A stretch of DNA of 64,000 bases from Clostridia bacterium (GTDB lineage: Bacteria > Bacillota > Clostridia > Oscillospirales > Butyricicoccaceae). The stretch covers positions 1,275 to 65,274 of the forward strand of contig JAFXDF010000036.1 of NCBI GenBank assembly GCA_017521295.1, in the 5' to 3' direction. The notes under the pieces are model-generated. The model did no database searches. It saw only the letters and a list, made by a program, of their open reading frames with translations, and had not been told where the DNA came from. The translations under genes were made by a program, and so were the position numbers. Shown piece after piece: positions 10,567-21,092 of the stretch; the first letter of the stretch is position 1; every line of letters starts with the position of its first letter.

Positions 10567-12087
10567 ATGCGAGATCAAAAACGGGCCGGCACCCTGCTTT
10601 CCTATGTGCAGCTGCTGCTCAATGTGGGCATCGGTATCATTTATACCCCCATCATGCTGCACTACCTGGGCCAGAGCGAGTACGGCGTTTATTCGGTGGC
10701 CACGGCGGTCATCGCCTTTCTTACCATGCTGGATCTGGGCTTTGGCCAGACCCTGGTGCGGTTTTATGTAAAATATCGGGCCGAGGGCAAACAGGACACC
10801 GCAGACCGCTGCGCCGGCGCTTTCCTGATGATGTATCTGGCATTGGGATTGGTGGCCCTGGCCATCGGTCTGGCGCTAGCAGGAGGCTTTTTGCCCCGCC
10901 TGTTCGGGCAGAAGTTTACCTCCGCCGAGTTGGATACGCTGAAAAGTGTCCTGTCGGTGCTGGTGGTCAACCTGGCTCTTTCCCTGCCCCTCAGCGTGTT
11001 TTCTTCCCTCATCACCGCCCACGAGCGGTTCGCCTTTGCCAAGGGTGCCAACATTGTCAGTACGCTCCTGACCTACGGCGGCATTCTGGTGGTGCTGATG
11101 ATGGGCCATAAATCCCTGGCCATGGCGGTAGTAACCACCGCAGTGTCGGTGGCCGTCAAGGTCTTTCTGGCCTGGTACTGTGTGGGCAGAATGAAGGTGC
11201 GCCTCGCCTTCGGCAGGCCGGACAAGGCCATGCTGCAGAGCATCTTCGCCTTTTCCTTCTTCATTTTCCTCAACATCCTCATCGACCAGCTGTACGCCAG
11301 CACCGACAAGTTCCTTCTGGGCGCTCTGTGCGGCACCACGGCGGTCACCGTTTACACCGTGGGCGTTCAGTTCAACGGCTCTTTTCAGCAGCTGTCCACC
11401 GCCATTTCCGGCGTGTTCCTGCCCCAGGTCACCCGGATGTATGCCGAGGGTGCCAAGGGTGAGGACTTCTCTCCCCTGTTCCTGCGCATCGGCCGGCTGC
11501 AGTATGTGCTTTTGTCCTTCGTCCTCACCGGCTTTCTGGCCTTTGGCCGGCAGTTCATCGGCCTTTTGACGGCAGGAAGCCTTTCGGAAGCTGAGATCAC
11601 CCGGGCCTTTGTCATCGCCGCCATCATCATGGTGCCCGGCATCGTGCCCCTGTCCCAGAACGTGGGCATGACCATCACCCAGGCCATGAACAAGCACCGG
11701 TTCCGCTCGGTGAGCTATCTGGTGCTGGCCGTTCTCAACGTGGCCATCTCCATCCCCCTCTGCCGTCTGTGGGAGGGCGTTGGCGCCGCTGTCGGCACCA
11801 CCCTGGCCCTGTTTGCCGGTCAATATGCCATGATGAACTGGTACTATTACAAAAAAATCGGCCTGGACATCCCCTCCTATTGGAAGATGGCCGCCTCCAT
11901 CACCCTGAAAATGCTGCCTATGGCGCTGCCTGCAATCCTGCTCAACCTGCTGCCCGGTGGCGGCTGGCTGGTCCTGCTGGTGAAGATCGGCCTGTTTTCC
12001 CTGGTGTATCTCCCCTATTCCTGGCGTTTCATCCTGGGCGACTATGAAAAAGGCATCGCCCGTTCTCTTTTGAAAAAGTTCCATTGA
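10567..12087 (+). CDS. oligosaccharide/polysaccharide flippase (MOP/Wzx-like)
   Basis: 506 aa, about 12-14 TM helices, Wzx-like N-terminus. Confidence 0.75.
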   Translation: MRDQKRAGTLLSYVQLLLNVGIGIIYTPIMLHYLGQSEYGVYSVATAVIAFLTMLDLGFGQTLVRFYVKYRAEGKQDTADRCAGAFLMMYLALGLVALAIGLALAGGFLPRLFGQKFTSAELDTLKSVLSVLVVNLALSLPLSVFSSLITAHERFAFAKGANIVSTLLTYGGILVVLMMGHKSLAMAVVTTAVSVAVKVFLAWYCVGRMKVRLAFGRPDKAMLQSIFAFSFFIFLNILIDQLYASTDKFLLGALCGTTAVTVYTVGVQFNGSFQQLSTAISGVFLPQVTRMYAEGAKGEDFSPLFLRIGRLQYVLLSFVLTGFLAFGRQFIGLLTAGSLSEAEITRAFVIAAIIMVPGIVPLSQNVGMTITQAMNKHRFRSVSYLVLAVLNVAISIPLCRLWEGVGAAVGTTLALFAGQYAMMNWYYYKKIGLDIPSYWKMAASITLKMLPMALPAILLNLLPGGGWLVLLVKIGLFSLVYLPYSWRFILGDYEKGIARSLLKKFH

Positions 12088-12101
12088 AAGGAAGTCATTT
12101 T

Positions 12102-13277
12102 ATGAACATCCTGCTCTGTCAGCACGGCGGCAGCGGCAACCACGGCTGCGAGGCCCTGGCCCGTACGGCCGAGCTTTTGCTGCGCAAGGCCTTTCCCGAG
12201 GCCCATATCACCCTGTATTCCTACCGTCTGGGCGACGATGAGCTGTACCTCCGGGACAGCAAGATGACCCTCACCGGTCTCCGGGGTCTGCCCGGCAAGT
12301 TCTCCCTGCACAATCTGGCCTATCACGCCAAGAAGCGGCTGCTGGGCCCCGACAAGGCCTCCAAGCTGCCCGTCACCGGCCAGTTCCGCCAGCTGCTGAA
12401 GGCCGCCGACCTGGTGGTGGCCATCGGCGGCGACAACTACTGCTACCAGATGGGCGTGGGCTATTACGCCCTGGACAACCTGATCGCTGCCACCGGCAAG
12501 CCCTATCTGCTGCTGGGCGCCTCTCTGGAGCCCGCCGACCTGGAAAAGGGTCTGGCCGACCACCTGAAGTGCTTTACCCTTATCACCGCCCGTGAAGCCA
12601 TCACCTATGACGCCTGCCGCAGAGCCGGTATGAAGAATGTCATCTACGCCCCCGATTCGGCCTTCCTGCTGCCCTGCGGCACCGCACCCGCCGTACCCGG
12701 TCTGGTGCCCGAAAATGCCGTGGGCATCAACCTCAGCCCTCTCATCATGCAGAGTGAAAAGTCCGGCGGCATCGCCATGAAGAACTATCAGTTGCTGGTG
12801 GAGCGCATCCTGCGCACCACCGACCTGCAGGTGGCGCTGGTGCCCCATGTAGTATGGGAAGGCGGCGACGACCGCCAGCCCCTCACCGCCCTTTATGAGC
12901 AGTTCAAGGACACCAACCGTGTATTCCTGGTGCCCGACGCCAACTGCAAGGACCTGAAGGCCCTCATTTCCCGGCTGCGGTTCTTTGTGGGCGCCCGCAC
13001 CCATTCCACCATCGCCGCCTATTCTACCGGCGTGCCCACCCTGGTGTGCGGCTATTCGGTGAAAGCCAGAGGCATCGCCACCGACCTGTTCGGAGAGAGC
13101 GAAGGCTATGTGGTGCCCGTGCAGGGTCTGGATCGGGAAGACGCTCTGGCAGAGGCCTTCTCCGCCCTCTTTGCCCGTGAGGACGAGCTGCGCGCCCACC
13201 TGCACACCAAGCTGCCCACTTACATCCATCACGCCCAGTCGGTGGCCGACGCCATCGCCGGTCTGATGAACCACTAA
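12102..13277 (+). CDS. polysaccharide pyruvyl transferase family protein
   Basis: Start at MNILLC (AAGGAAG RBS). GGSGNHGCEA and GGDNY motifs are typical of the PS_pyruv_trans family. Confidence 0.75.
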   Translation: MNILLCQHGGSGNHGCEALARTAELLLRKAFPEAHITLYSYRLGDDELYLRDSKMTLTGLRGLPGKFSLHNLAYHAKKRLLGPDKASKLPVTGQFRQLLKAADLVVAIGGDNYCYQMGVGYYALDNLIAATGKPYLLLGASLEPADLEKGLADHLKCFTLITAREAITYDACRRAGMKNVIYAPDSAFLLPCGTAPAVPGLVPENAVGINLSPLIMQSEKSGGIAMKNYQLLVERILRTTDLQVALVPHVVWEGGDDRQPLTALYEQFKDTNRVFLVPDANCKDLKALISRLRFFVGARTHSTIAAYSTGVPTLVCGYSVKARGIATDLFGESEGYVVPVQGLDREDALAEAFSALFAREDELRAHLHTKLPTYIHHAQSVADAIAGLMNH

Positions 13278-13299
13278 TCAAGAAACGGAGGGCTGTTTC

Positions 13300-14463
13300 A
13301 TGGCCCGTCTTTGCGATACCAATCTATGCACCGGCTGCACCGCCTGTGCCGCCGTCTGCCCCCACGACTGCATCACCATGGTGCAGGACAGCGAAGGCTT
13401 CCGCCGCCCTAGGGTGGACGCCGGCCGCTGCGTGGAATGCGGCCTGTGCACCCGTGCCTGTCCGGTGCTGTCTGCCCCCGACACCCATCCCATGCCCACC
13501 GCCTTTGCGGCAAAAAACAAGGAGGACACCGTCCGGGAGCTGAGCACCTCCGGCGGTGTGTTCACCCTGCTGGCCCGGCACATTCTGGACCAGGGCGGCG
13601 CGGTCTTTGGCGCGGCCTATGACGCCGACTTCAAGGTGGAGCACCGCATGGTGGAGACCCCCGAGATGCTGACCACCCTGCGCGGCGCCAAATACGCCCA
13701 GAGCGACCTGGGCGACACCTACCGCCAGGTAAAAGAACAGTTGGCCCGGGGCCGCAAGGTTTTGTATTCCGGTACCCCTTGTCAGGTGGCCGGTCTGCGG
13801 GCCTTCCTGGGCAAGGAGGAGCCCAACCTGCTGCTGGTGGACCTGGTTTGCCACGGGGTGCCCTCCCCCGCCGTTTGGGAGCGCTATCTGGCGCAGAAGA
13901 GCGAGCAGATCTGTGACGGCCACCGCCCCGCCACCGTCAACCTGCGGTGCAAGGACAGCGGCTGGAGCACCTATTCGGTGGACATCCGCTGGCCCTATGG
14001 AAGAAACTATCTGGCCACCAACCGGGAGGATCCCTATATCCGGGCCTTTGTGGGCGATCTGTGCCTGCGGCCCTCCTGCCACCGCTGCTCCTTCAAGGGC
14101 CTCACCCGCTGCGCCGACTTCACCCTGGGTGACTACTGGGGCGTGTGGGACCAGGCCCCTGCCATGAACGACAACCGGGGCACCTCCATCGTGCTGGTGC
14201 ACTCCGAAAAGGCAAAGGCCCTGTGGCAGGAGCTGGCACCCCAGATGACCCTCCAGGCGGTGGACGCCCGCCGCTGCATGGACCAGAACCCGGCGGCCCT
14301 CCAGTCGGCAAAGTACGACGAGGAGAACCGTGCCTTCTTCATGCACCGGTACATGGACGAGGACTTCGCCGCTCTGGTGGACGAGCTGCTGCCCCGGCCC
14401 AGCGCCGCGGGCGACCTGGCCCACCGTGTGGCCGGCAAGCTCAAACGCCTGCTGAAAATTTAA
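13300..14463 (+). CDS. FrhB-like (coenzyme F420 hydrogenase/dehydrogenase beta subunit family) 4Fe-4S protein
   Basis: N-terminal 2x CxxCxxCxxxCP ferredoxin motifs. This family commonly accompanies pyruvyl transferases. Confidence 0.7.
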   Translation: MARLCDTNLCTGCTACAAVCPHDCITMVQDSEGFRRPRVDAGRCVECGLCTRACPVLSAPDTHPMPTAFAAKNKEDTVRELSTSGGVFTLLARHILDQGGAVFGAAYDADFKVEHRMVETPEMLTTLRGAKYAQSDLGDTYRQVKEQLARGRKVLYSGTPCQVAGLRAFLGKEEPNLLLVDLVCHGVPSPAVWERYLAQKSEQICDGHRPATVNLRCKDSGWSTYSVDIRWPYGRNYLATNREDPYIRAFVGDLCLRPSCHRCSFKGLTRCADFTLGDYWGVWDQAPAMNDNRGTSIVLVHSEKAKALWQELAPQMTLQAVDARRCMDQNPAALQSAKYDEENRAFFMHRYMDEDFAALVDELLPRPSAAGDLAHRVAGKLKRLLKI

Positions 14464-14549
14464 AGCATCACGGACGGGAAATTTCCCGTCCGTTTTTTGT
14501 AAGATTTCCCGTTTTCCGCCGTCTAAATGGGTGAAAAGGAGGTGATGGC

Positions 14550-15035
14550 GTGACCCAGGATGTATTTGAGGGCCTTTACAGGGCCTATTTCGGCCAGGTG
14601 TATCATTATCTGCTGTCCCGGTGTGGCGACCATCATCTGGCGGAAGAGCTCACCGCCGACACCTTTTTCCGGGCGCTGCGCAGCCTGGACCGCTTTCGTG
14701 GGGAAAGCGACCCGGGCACCTGGCTGTGCGCCATCGCCCGCAACCGCCTTGCCGACCACTACCGCACCCGGCAGGAGACCCAGCCCCTGGAGGAGCTGTC
14801 CCAGCTGTCCGACCGGGGCAGCGCCGACCCGGCCCTCGCCGCCCAGCGGCAGGAGGAGGCCATGACGGTCTACGCCCGGCTCCACCAACTGGAGGAGCCC
14901 TATAAAGAGGTCTTTCTGCTGCGGGCGCTGGGAGAGCTTTCCTTCCGCCAGATCGGAACGTTGTTCGGCAAGACCGAAAACTGGGCCTGTGTCACCTATC
15001 ACCGGGCCCGCAAGAAACTGCAAAAGGAGGAATGA
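14550..15035 (+). CDS. ECF (sigma-70 family) RNA polymerase sigma factor
   Basis: 161 aa with a GTG start 8 nt after AAGGAGG and recognisable regions 2 and 4. Confidence 0.85.
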   Translation: MTQDVFEGLYRAYFGQVYHYLLSRCGDHHLAEELTADTFFRALRSLDRFRGESDPGTWLCAIARNRLADHYRTRQETQPLEELSQLSDRGSADPALAAQRQEEAMTVYARLHQLEEPYKEVFLLRALGELSFRQIGTLFGKTENWACVTYHRARKKLQKEE

Positions 15036-15928
15036 CCATGTCGATTTCCTGTTCGGTGATCCGGGATCTTCTGCCCCTGTACGCCGAGGATCTTGCCGGA
15101 GAAGAGAGCAAGGCCCTGGTGGAAAAGCATCTGGAAGCATGTGCCGACTGCAAAGCCGCCCTGGAGGACTTAAAGGAGCCCAAGCCGGTGGCTGTGGCGG
15201 AAGAGGCCGTGCCTCTGCATCTGATGAAGCAGCTGATGCGGAAGCACACCGCCTTTTGGTGCCTGCTGGCAGCCTGTCTGGTGGCCGCCGTGGTGTTCGC
15301 CCTGATCGGGCGGATGACCACCACCCAAAGCGCCCCCTATGTCAAGGGCGTCTTTTCCTTCGGAAGAGACGAGGACGGCTGTCTGTTCGCTGCCGTTACC
15401 AACAAGGCCCCCGACGGCGTGGATTATCAGGTGGAATATTTTCATGACGAATACGGCCGGGAGTGCATGACCATCGCCGGCTACACCAGCCCTCTGCTAC
15501 GGGCCCTTTGCGTGAACCGCTCCGGCACCACTCTGAAAGCCCGCTCCGACGCCATCCGCTACGTTTATTACTGCGACCACTCCCGCAGCGGCAAGCTGAC
15601 CCTTTTGTCGGGGCCGGCGGACTACGCCGCCTCGGGCGGCGGCGCCATTCTGCCCCGGCTGGTACTCAATTATTATCTCTTTGCGTCTCTGGCGCTGGCC
15701 GTTCTCTTTTTCCTGCTGGCGCTGATCCTGCGCAAAAAGGCCTCTGGCCGCACCCTGCTGCATACCGCTCTGGCCTTCAACTGCTACGCCCTGGCCCACC
15801 TGGCGGTCAAAGGCACAAACGGCATCACCTATTTCCTGCAGCAGGATCTGCTATTCATCCTGCTCACCGCCCTGACGCTTTTCGGCGCGGTATTCTCGGC
15901 GCTTTCCCTGTACCGGCTGCAGAAATGA
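15032..15928 (+). CDS. anti-sigma factor, zf-HC2 type, membrane protein
   Basis: N-terminal H-x3-C-x2-C motif (HLEACADCK). Translationally coupled to the sigma gene. TM helices present. Confidence 0.7.
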   Translation: MTMSISCSVIRDLLPLYAEDLAGEESKALVEKHLEACADCKAALEDLKEPKPVAVAEEAVPLHLMKQLMRKHTAFWCLLAACLVAAVVFALIGRMTTTQSAPYVKGVFSFGRDEDGCLFAAVTNKAPDGVDYQVEYFHDEYGRECMTIAGYTSPLLRALCVNRSGTTLKARSDAIRYVYYCDHSRSGKLTLLSGPADYAASGGGAILPRLVLNYYLFASLALAVLFFLLALILRKKASGRTLLHTALAFNCYALAHLAVKGTNGITYFLQQDLLFILLTALTLFGAVFSALSLYRLQK

Positions 15929-15958
15929 AAAAAAGCACCCCAGTGGGGTGCTTTTTCT
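15929..15958. terminator. hairpin terminator between the anti-sigma gene and the convergent kinase-like gene
   Basis: AAAAGCACCCC-AGT-GGGGTGCTTTTT. Confidence 0.55.
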
Positions 15959-15962
15959 TATT

Positions 15963-17069
15963 TTATAATGACAAGTACAGCTCCTTGGTGCCGATGCAGG
16001 ACAGTTCCACCTGTACCGGGTCGATGCCAGCGCCGTAGGGAATCCGCCAGGTGTGCAGTTCTTCGGCAGGGGGAGCTTCCCGGGGCAGGAAGGTGATGCC
16101 GGCCACCATGCCGCCGTCACCGGCCATCAGCATCATGCGGCCGCCGTGTGCCTGCATATAGGCACGGGTCAGCAGCAGGCCAAGACCCAAACCGCCCTCC
16201 CGCAGGGGATCCCGGCGCTCCAGGCTGCCGTTGAGCTGCTGCAGAGCCTCGGCGTCCATGCCACCGCCCCGGTCGCTCACCGAAAGGGTCACGCTGCCGT
16301 CCTCACGGCCCCGGAGGGATACCTGCACCGTGCCGCCGCCCTTTTGGGCCTGGACGGCGTTGGACAGCAGGTGGAACAGCATACTGCGCACCTTGTCCTC
16401 GTCGGCCACGCAGTACAGGGGCTCCGCCGGAAGGTTTTCCAGCAGCCGGATGCCGTTGGCTTCGCAATAGGGCCGGGCCTTTTCCAGCAATGCTGCCGTC
16501 AGTTTGGTGAGATCCAGCTGCTTGAGGCACAGTTCCAGCTGTCCGTCCTCCAGCAGAGCCAGGTCCTCCAGATTGCGGGACATACGCAGCAGGCGGTACA
16601 GATGCAGCTTCATCATGGCCAGATAGCCCTCCTGGCCGGGCTGCGCGCCGCTTTCCAGCTGCTGCAGGGCAGGCAGGAGCACCCCCAGCTCCCGGTTGAT
16701 CTCCCGGGAAACAAACCGGTCGGCATGGCGGCTCTCACCGGCGCCGGCCTGGGCATTGACGGGGAACAGGGCGATCTGGATGCCGTCGCCGTCCTCCCAG
16801 GGCTGGGCGGTACAGCGGAAGGCCTGCTCCCGGATCTTGCAGCGGAACTCGTATTCCCGGCCCGCAAGGGTCTCGGCCACCAGCCGGGCGCACAGGGCGT
16901 CCTCCAGAAAATCATTCAGGTTCCGGCCGTTGAGGTCCTCCCCCAGCATCATTTTCAGCATGCCGCTGGCAAACCGCACCCGGCCGGCAGGGGTGCACAA
17001 AAGGTAGGCTTCGGCAGACAGAATATGCTCCCGAAACGCCGTCAGACTCTTTTCCGTTTGTTCCTTCAC
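15963..17069 (-). CDS. cytoplasmic histidine-kinase-like protein (PAS-like N-terminus, HATPase_c) with a degenerate H-box
   Basis: N-box LLSNAV, G1 DRGGGM and G2 GLGLGL are present. The H-box position reads FVSREINREL, with Arg where the phospho-accepting His is expected. Confidence 0.7.
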   Translation of the reverse strand: MKEQTEKSLTAFREHILSAEAYLLCTPAGRVRFASGMLKMMLGEDLNGRNLNDFLEDALCARLVAETLAGREYEFRCKIREQAFRCTAQPWEDGDGIQIALFPVNAQAGAGESRHADRFVSREINRELGVLLPALQQLESGAQPGQEGYLAMMKLHLYRLLRMSRNLEDLALLEDGQLELCLKQLDLTKLTAALLEKARPYCEANGIRLLENLPAEPLYCVADEDKVRSMLFHLLSNAVQAQKGGGTVQVSLRGREDGSVTLSVSDRGGGMDAEALQQLNGSLERRDPLREGGLGLGLLLTRAYMQAHGGRMMLMAGDGGMVAGITFLPREAPPAEELHTWRIPYGAGIDPVQVELSCIGTKELYLSL

Positions 17070-17221
17070 GGTCCCCCTCCTTTCCCCGAACCTTGTCGAA
17101 ATTCATACTTACTTGTATGATAATTCATCCGTCTGCAATTTGCAACGATAATTTTGGCAAAAGTGCGCAGACGCCTCCCTTGCTTTTGCCGTCTAAGTGG
17201 AGTATAATAATTGATACATAA

Positions 17222-18286
<1,065 letters not shown>

Positions 18287-18299
18287 GATCACCTTTTTT

Positions 18300-18331
18300 C
18301 AGGCGGGCCAAAGGGCCCGCCTGCTTTTTTG
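18300..18331 (+). terminator. intrinsic terminator after gap
   Basis: CAGGCGGGCC-AAAG-GGCCCGCCTG followed by TTTTTT. Confidence 0.6.
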
Positions 18332-18455
18332 TGCGCAGACTTTATTTTTTCTCTGAAATTTCAGAAAACCTATGGCGTCTTACGGAAAAATGTTGTAAAA
18401 TATAGGGTAACATAGGAATGTTATACTCGTTTTTCATATTATAGGAGTTTGATCA

Positions 18456-19580
18456 ATGTTTGAGATCGTAACCAACGCAACTCTGCCTCAGTTTGAGGCG
18501 TTTATCGAGGCCCATCCCAAGGGCCATTTCCTCCAGTCCAAGCTGTGGGCCCCCGTCAAGCCCGACTGGACCTGGGAGGGCATCCTCAGCCGGGATGACC
18601 GGGGCGAGATCCGGGGCGCCATGAGCGTGCTCATCCGCAAGATGCCCGGCGTGCCCTACAAGCTGATGTACGCCGCCCGCGGCCCGGTGTGTGATCTTGA
18701 GGACGCCGAGGCCCTGAAGGACCTCACCGACGGCGCCGCCCATCTGGCAAAGAAGAACAAGGCCTATGCCCTGCGCATCGACCCCGATGTACCTTCTACC
18801 GAGACCGCTTTCATCGACAGCATGAAGGCCCTGGGCTATACCCATCACCCCGGCGACAAGGACTTCAACGGCATCCAGCCCTGCTACGTGTTCCGTCTGA
18901 ACGTCAAGGACAAGACCGAAGAGGAACTGCTGGCCGCCTTCCATTCCAAGACCCGCTACAACCTGCGACTGAGCGCCCGCAAGGGCGTTACCGTCCGTCT
19001 GTGCGGCAAGGAAATGCTGGCCGACTTCACCCGCATCATGAAGGAGACCGGCGACCGGGACGGCTTTATCACCCGGCCCCAGAGCTATTTCGAGACCATG
19101 ATGGACGCCCTGGGCGACAAGGCCCGGCTGTACATGGCCTTCTGGGAGGACAAGCCCATCGCCGGCACCCTGGCCATCCAGTACGGCAACAAGGTCTGGT
19201 ACCTGTACGGCGCCTCTGCCAACCAGCACCGCAACGTGATGCCCAACTACCAGCTCCAGTGGGAGATGATCCGCTGGTCGCTGGAGACCAAGTGTGATAT
19301 TTACGACTTCCGCGGCGTGTCCGGCGATCTGAGCCCCGACAACCCCCTCTACGGCCTGTATCTGTTCAAGAAGGGCTTCGGCGGCGATCTGGTGGAATTC
19401 TGCGGCGAGTTCGAAATGATCTACAACAAGTTTGCCGACCTTTTCATCAACAAAGCCCTTGGCACCGCCCGCACCCTGCGCCGCAAGCTGAAACAGCTGA
19501 AGAACCGGGATCTGGAGCGCAAGCACAAGGAAGCCGTTTCCGCCCGGGGCGCCAACACCGTGGAGGAAACCAAAGAGTAA
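18456..19580 (+). CDS. FemAB-family peptidoglycan interpeptide-bridge aminoacyltransferase
   Basis: 374 aa, FemAB-like throughout (HFLQS..W, YLYGAS motifs). Confidence 0.8.
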   Translation: MFEIVTNATLPQFEAFIEAHPKGHFLQSKLWAPVKPDWTWEGILSRDDRGEIRGAMSVLIRKMPGVPYKLMYAARGPVCDLEDAEALKDLTDGAAHLAKKNKAYALRIDPDVPSTETAFIDSMKALGYTHHPGDKDFNGIQPCYVFRLNVKDKTEEELLAAFHSKTRYNLRLSARKGVTVRLCGKEMLADFTRIMKETGDRDGFITRPQSYFETMMDALGDKARLYMAFWEDKPIAGTLAIQYGNKVWYLYGASANQHRNVMPNYQLQWEMIRWSLETKCDIYDFRGVSGDLSPDNPLYGLYLFKKGFGGDLVEFCGEFEMIYNKFADLFINKALGTARTLRRKLKQLKNRDLERKHKEAVSARGANTVEETKE

Positions 19581-19603
19581 CCGATCCGAGGGGGGTAAAA
19601 AAT

Positions 19604-20701
19604 ATGAAGACCCTGGTGGTAGAAAAAAACAAGATCCGCGCCAATCTGGAGACCGTCAAGGAACAGGCCGGCCGGGCCCAGGTCATCGCCGTGCTCAAGG
19701 CCAACGCCTATGGCCTGGGTATGCGGGAAATGGCCGGGCTGTGCCGGGAAGCCGGCATCCGCCGCTTTGCCGTCACCGAGCCTGTGGACGCCATCCGTCT
19801 CCGGGAGTGGGGCTTTGGAGAAGAGGAGATCATCATCCTCCGCTCCACCGCCTGTGAGGAGGATATCCGCCAGATCCTGGATGCCGGCGCCACCGCCACG
19901 GTGGGCTCCTACGACGCCGCCCTGGCCCTCAACGGCCTGGCCGAAAGCCAGGGCATCGTCTGCGACGTGCACATGAAGGTGGACACCGGCATGGGCCGCT
20001 ACGGCTTTATGCCCACCGAGATCGACCGCATTCTCAGCGTGTTCCGCTATCTCACCAATCTCCATGTCACCGGCACCTATACCCATTATGCCAACGCCTT
20101 CAAAAGCGTGAAAAAGAGCCAGGAGCAGCTGGACGCCTTCAATGCCGTGGTGGAAAAGATCCGCGCGGCAGGCTTTGAGCCCGGTATGCTCCACGCCTCC
20201 AATTCCGAGGCCATGTTCGGCTGCAAGCTGCCCAACCTGGATGCCGTCCGCATCGGCTCGGCTCTGGGCGGCCGGGTCATCGCCAAGGGCGACCACGGCC
20301 TGCAGCGCACCGGCCGGCTCCAAAGCCAGATCTCCGAGGTCCGCTGGCTGCCCAAGGGCTGTCCCGTGGGCTACGGCAGCGCCTATGTGACCAAGCATCC
20401 CACCCGGGTGGCTATCGTGCCCATCGGCTCGGCCGACGGCTACATGATGGAAAAGGCCCGGTCCAGCTTTGGCTTTGTGGAGTGCTTCCGGGCGGCCTGC
20501 TCGGCCATGCTGTCCTTCTTCCGCCGCCGCAAGTATTATGTGCTGGTGAACGGCAAGCGGGCGCCGGTCATCGGCCACGTGGGCGTCAACCACACCGCCA
20601 TCGACGTTACCGACGTCGAGTGCGGCCCCGGCACGGTGGTGTCCATGGACGCCGCTCCCCTGTTCGTGCCCGATTCCATTCCCCGGCAATATGTGGACTG
20701 A
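19604..20701 (+). CDS. alr: alanine racemase
   Basis: 365 aa with the PLP-lysine motif VLKANAYGLG. Confidence 0.9.
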   Translation: MKTLVVEKNKIRANLETVKEQAGRAQVIAVLKANAYGLGMREMAGLCREAGIRRFAVTEPVDAIRLREWGFGEEEIIILRSTACEEDIRQILDAGATATVGSYDAALALNGLAESQGIVCDVHMKVDTGMGRYGFMPTEIDRILSVFRYLTNLHVTGTYTHYANAFKSVKKSQEQLDAFNAVVEKIRAAGFEPGMLHASNSEAMFGCKLPNLDAVRIGSALGGRVIAKGDHGLQRTGRLQSQISEVRWLPKGCPVGYGSAYVTKHPTRVAIVPIGSADGYMMEKARSSFGFVECFRAACSAMLSFFRRRKYYVLVNGKRAPVIGHVGVNHTAIDVTDVECGPGTVVSMDAAPLFVPDSIPRQYVD

Positions 20702-20768
20702 ATGTCCGCAAACTACATAAATTTGGATTATAAATTGTTGTTTCGATAAAGAAAGCGAGGAAAATACT

Positions 20769-21092
20769 ATGAAAATGATCCTGGGTATCCTGAACACCGA
20801 CGACGCTCCCGTGGTCATCCAGCATCTGAACAAGGCCGGTTATTTCGTCACCCGTCTGGCCACCTCCGGCGGCTTCCTGCGGGCCGGCAACGCCACCATC
20901 CTGGTGGGCGTGGACGACGAAAAGGTCAAGCCCGTCATCGATATCATCCATCAGTACTCCCGCAGCCGTAAGCAGCTGATGCCCACCACCTCCGAGGCCG
21001 GCATCGGTTTCTTCCCCACCATGCCTGTGGAAGTTCAGGTTGGCGGCGCCACCATCTTCGTCCTCAACGTGGAAAACTTCGAGAAGTTCTGA
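20769..21092 (+). CDS. darA: PII-like cyclic-di-AMP receptor (DUF970/YaaQ family)
   Basis: 107 aa. The motif TRLATSGGFLR and the position next to holB and ricT match the Bacillus yaaQ-holB-yaaT synteny. Confidence 0.75.
   Translation: MKMILGILNTDDAPVVIQHLNKAGYFVTRLATSGGFLRAGNATILVGVDDEKVKPVIDIIHQYSRSRKQLMPTTSEAGIGFFPTMPVEVQVGGATIFVLNVENFEKF

Noticed and set aside
8751-13274. Long antisense ORFs (553 aa plus strand; 402 aa and 410 aa minus strand)
   Set aside because: They mirror the substrate-binding protein, flippase and pyruvyl-transferase genes, which have clear family motifs and RBSs. The shadows have neither.
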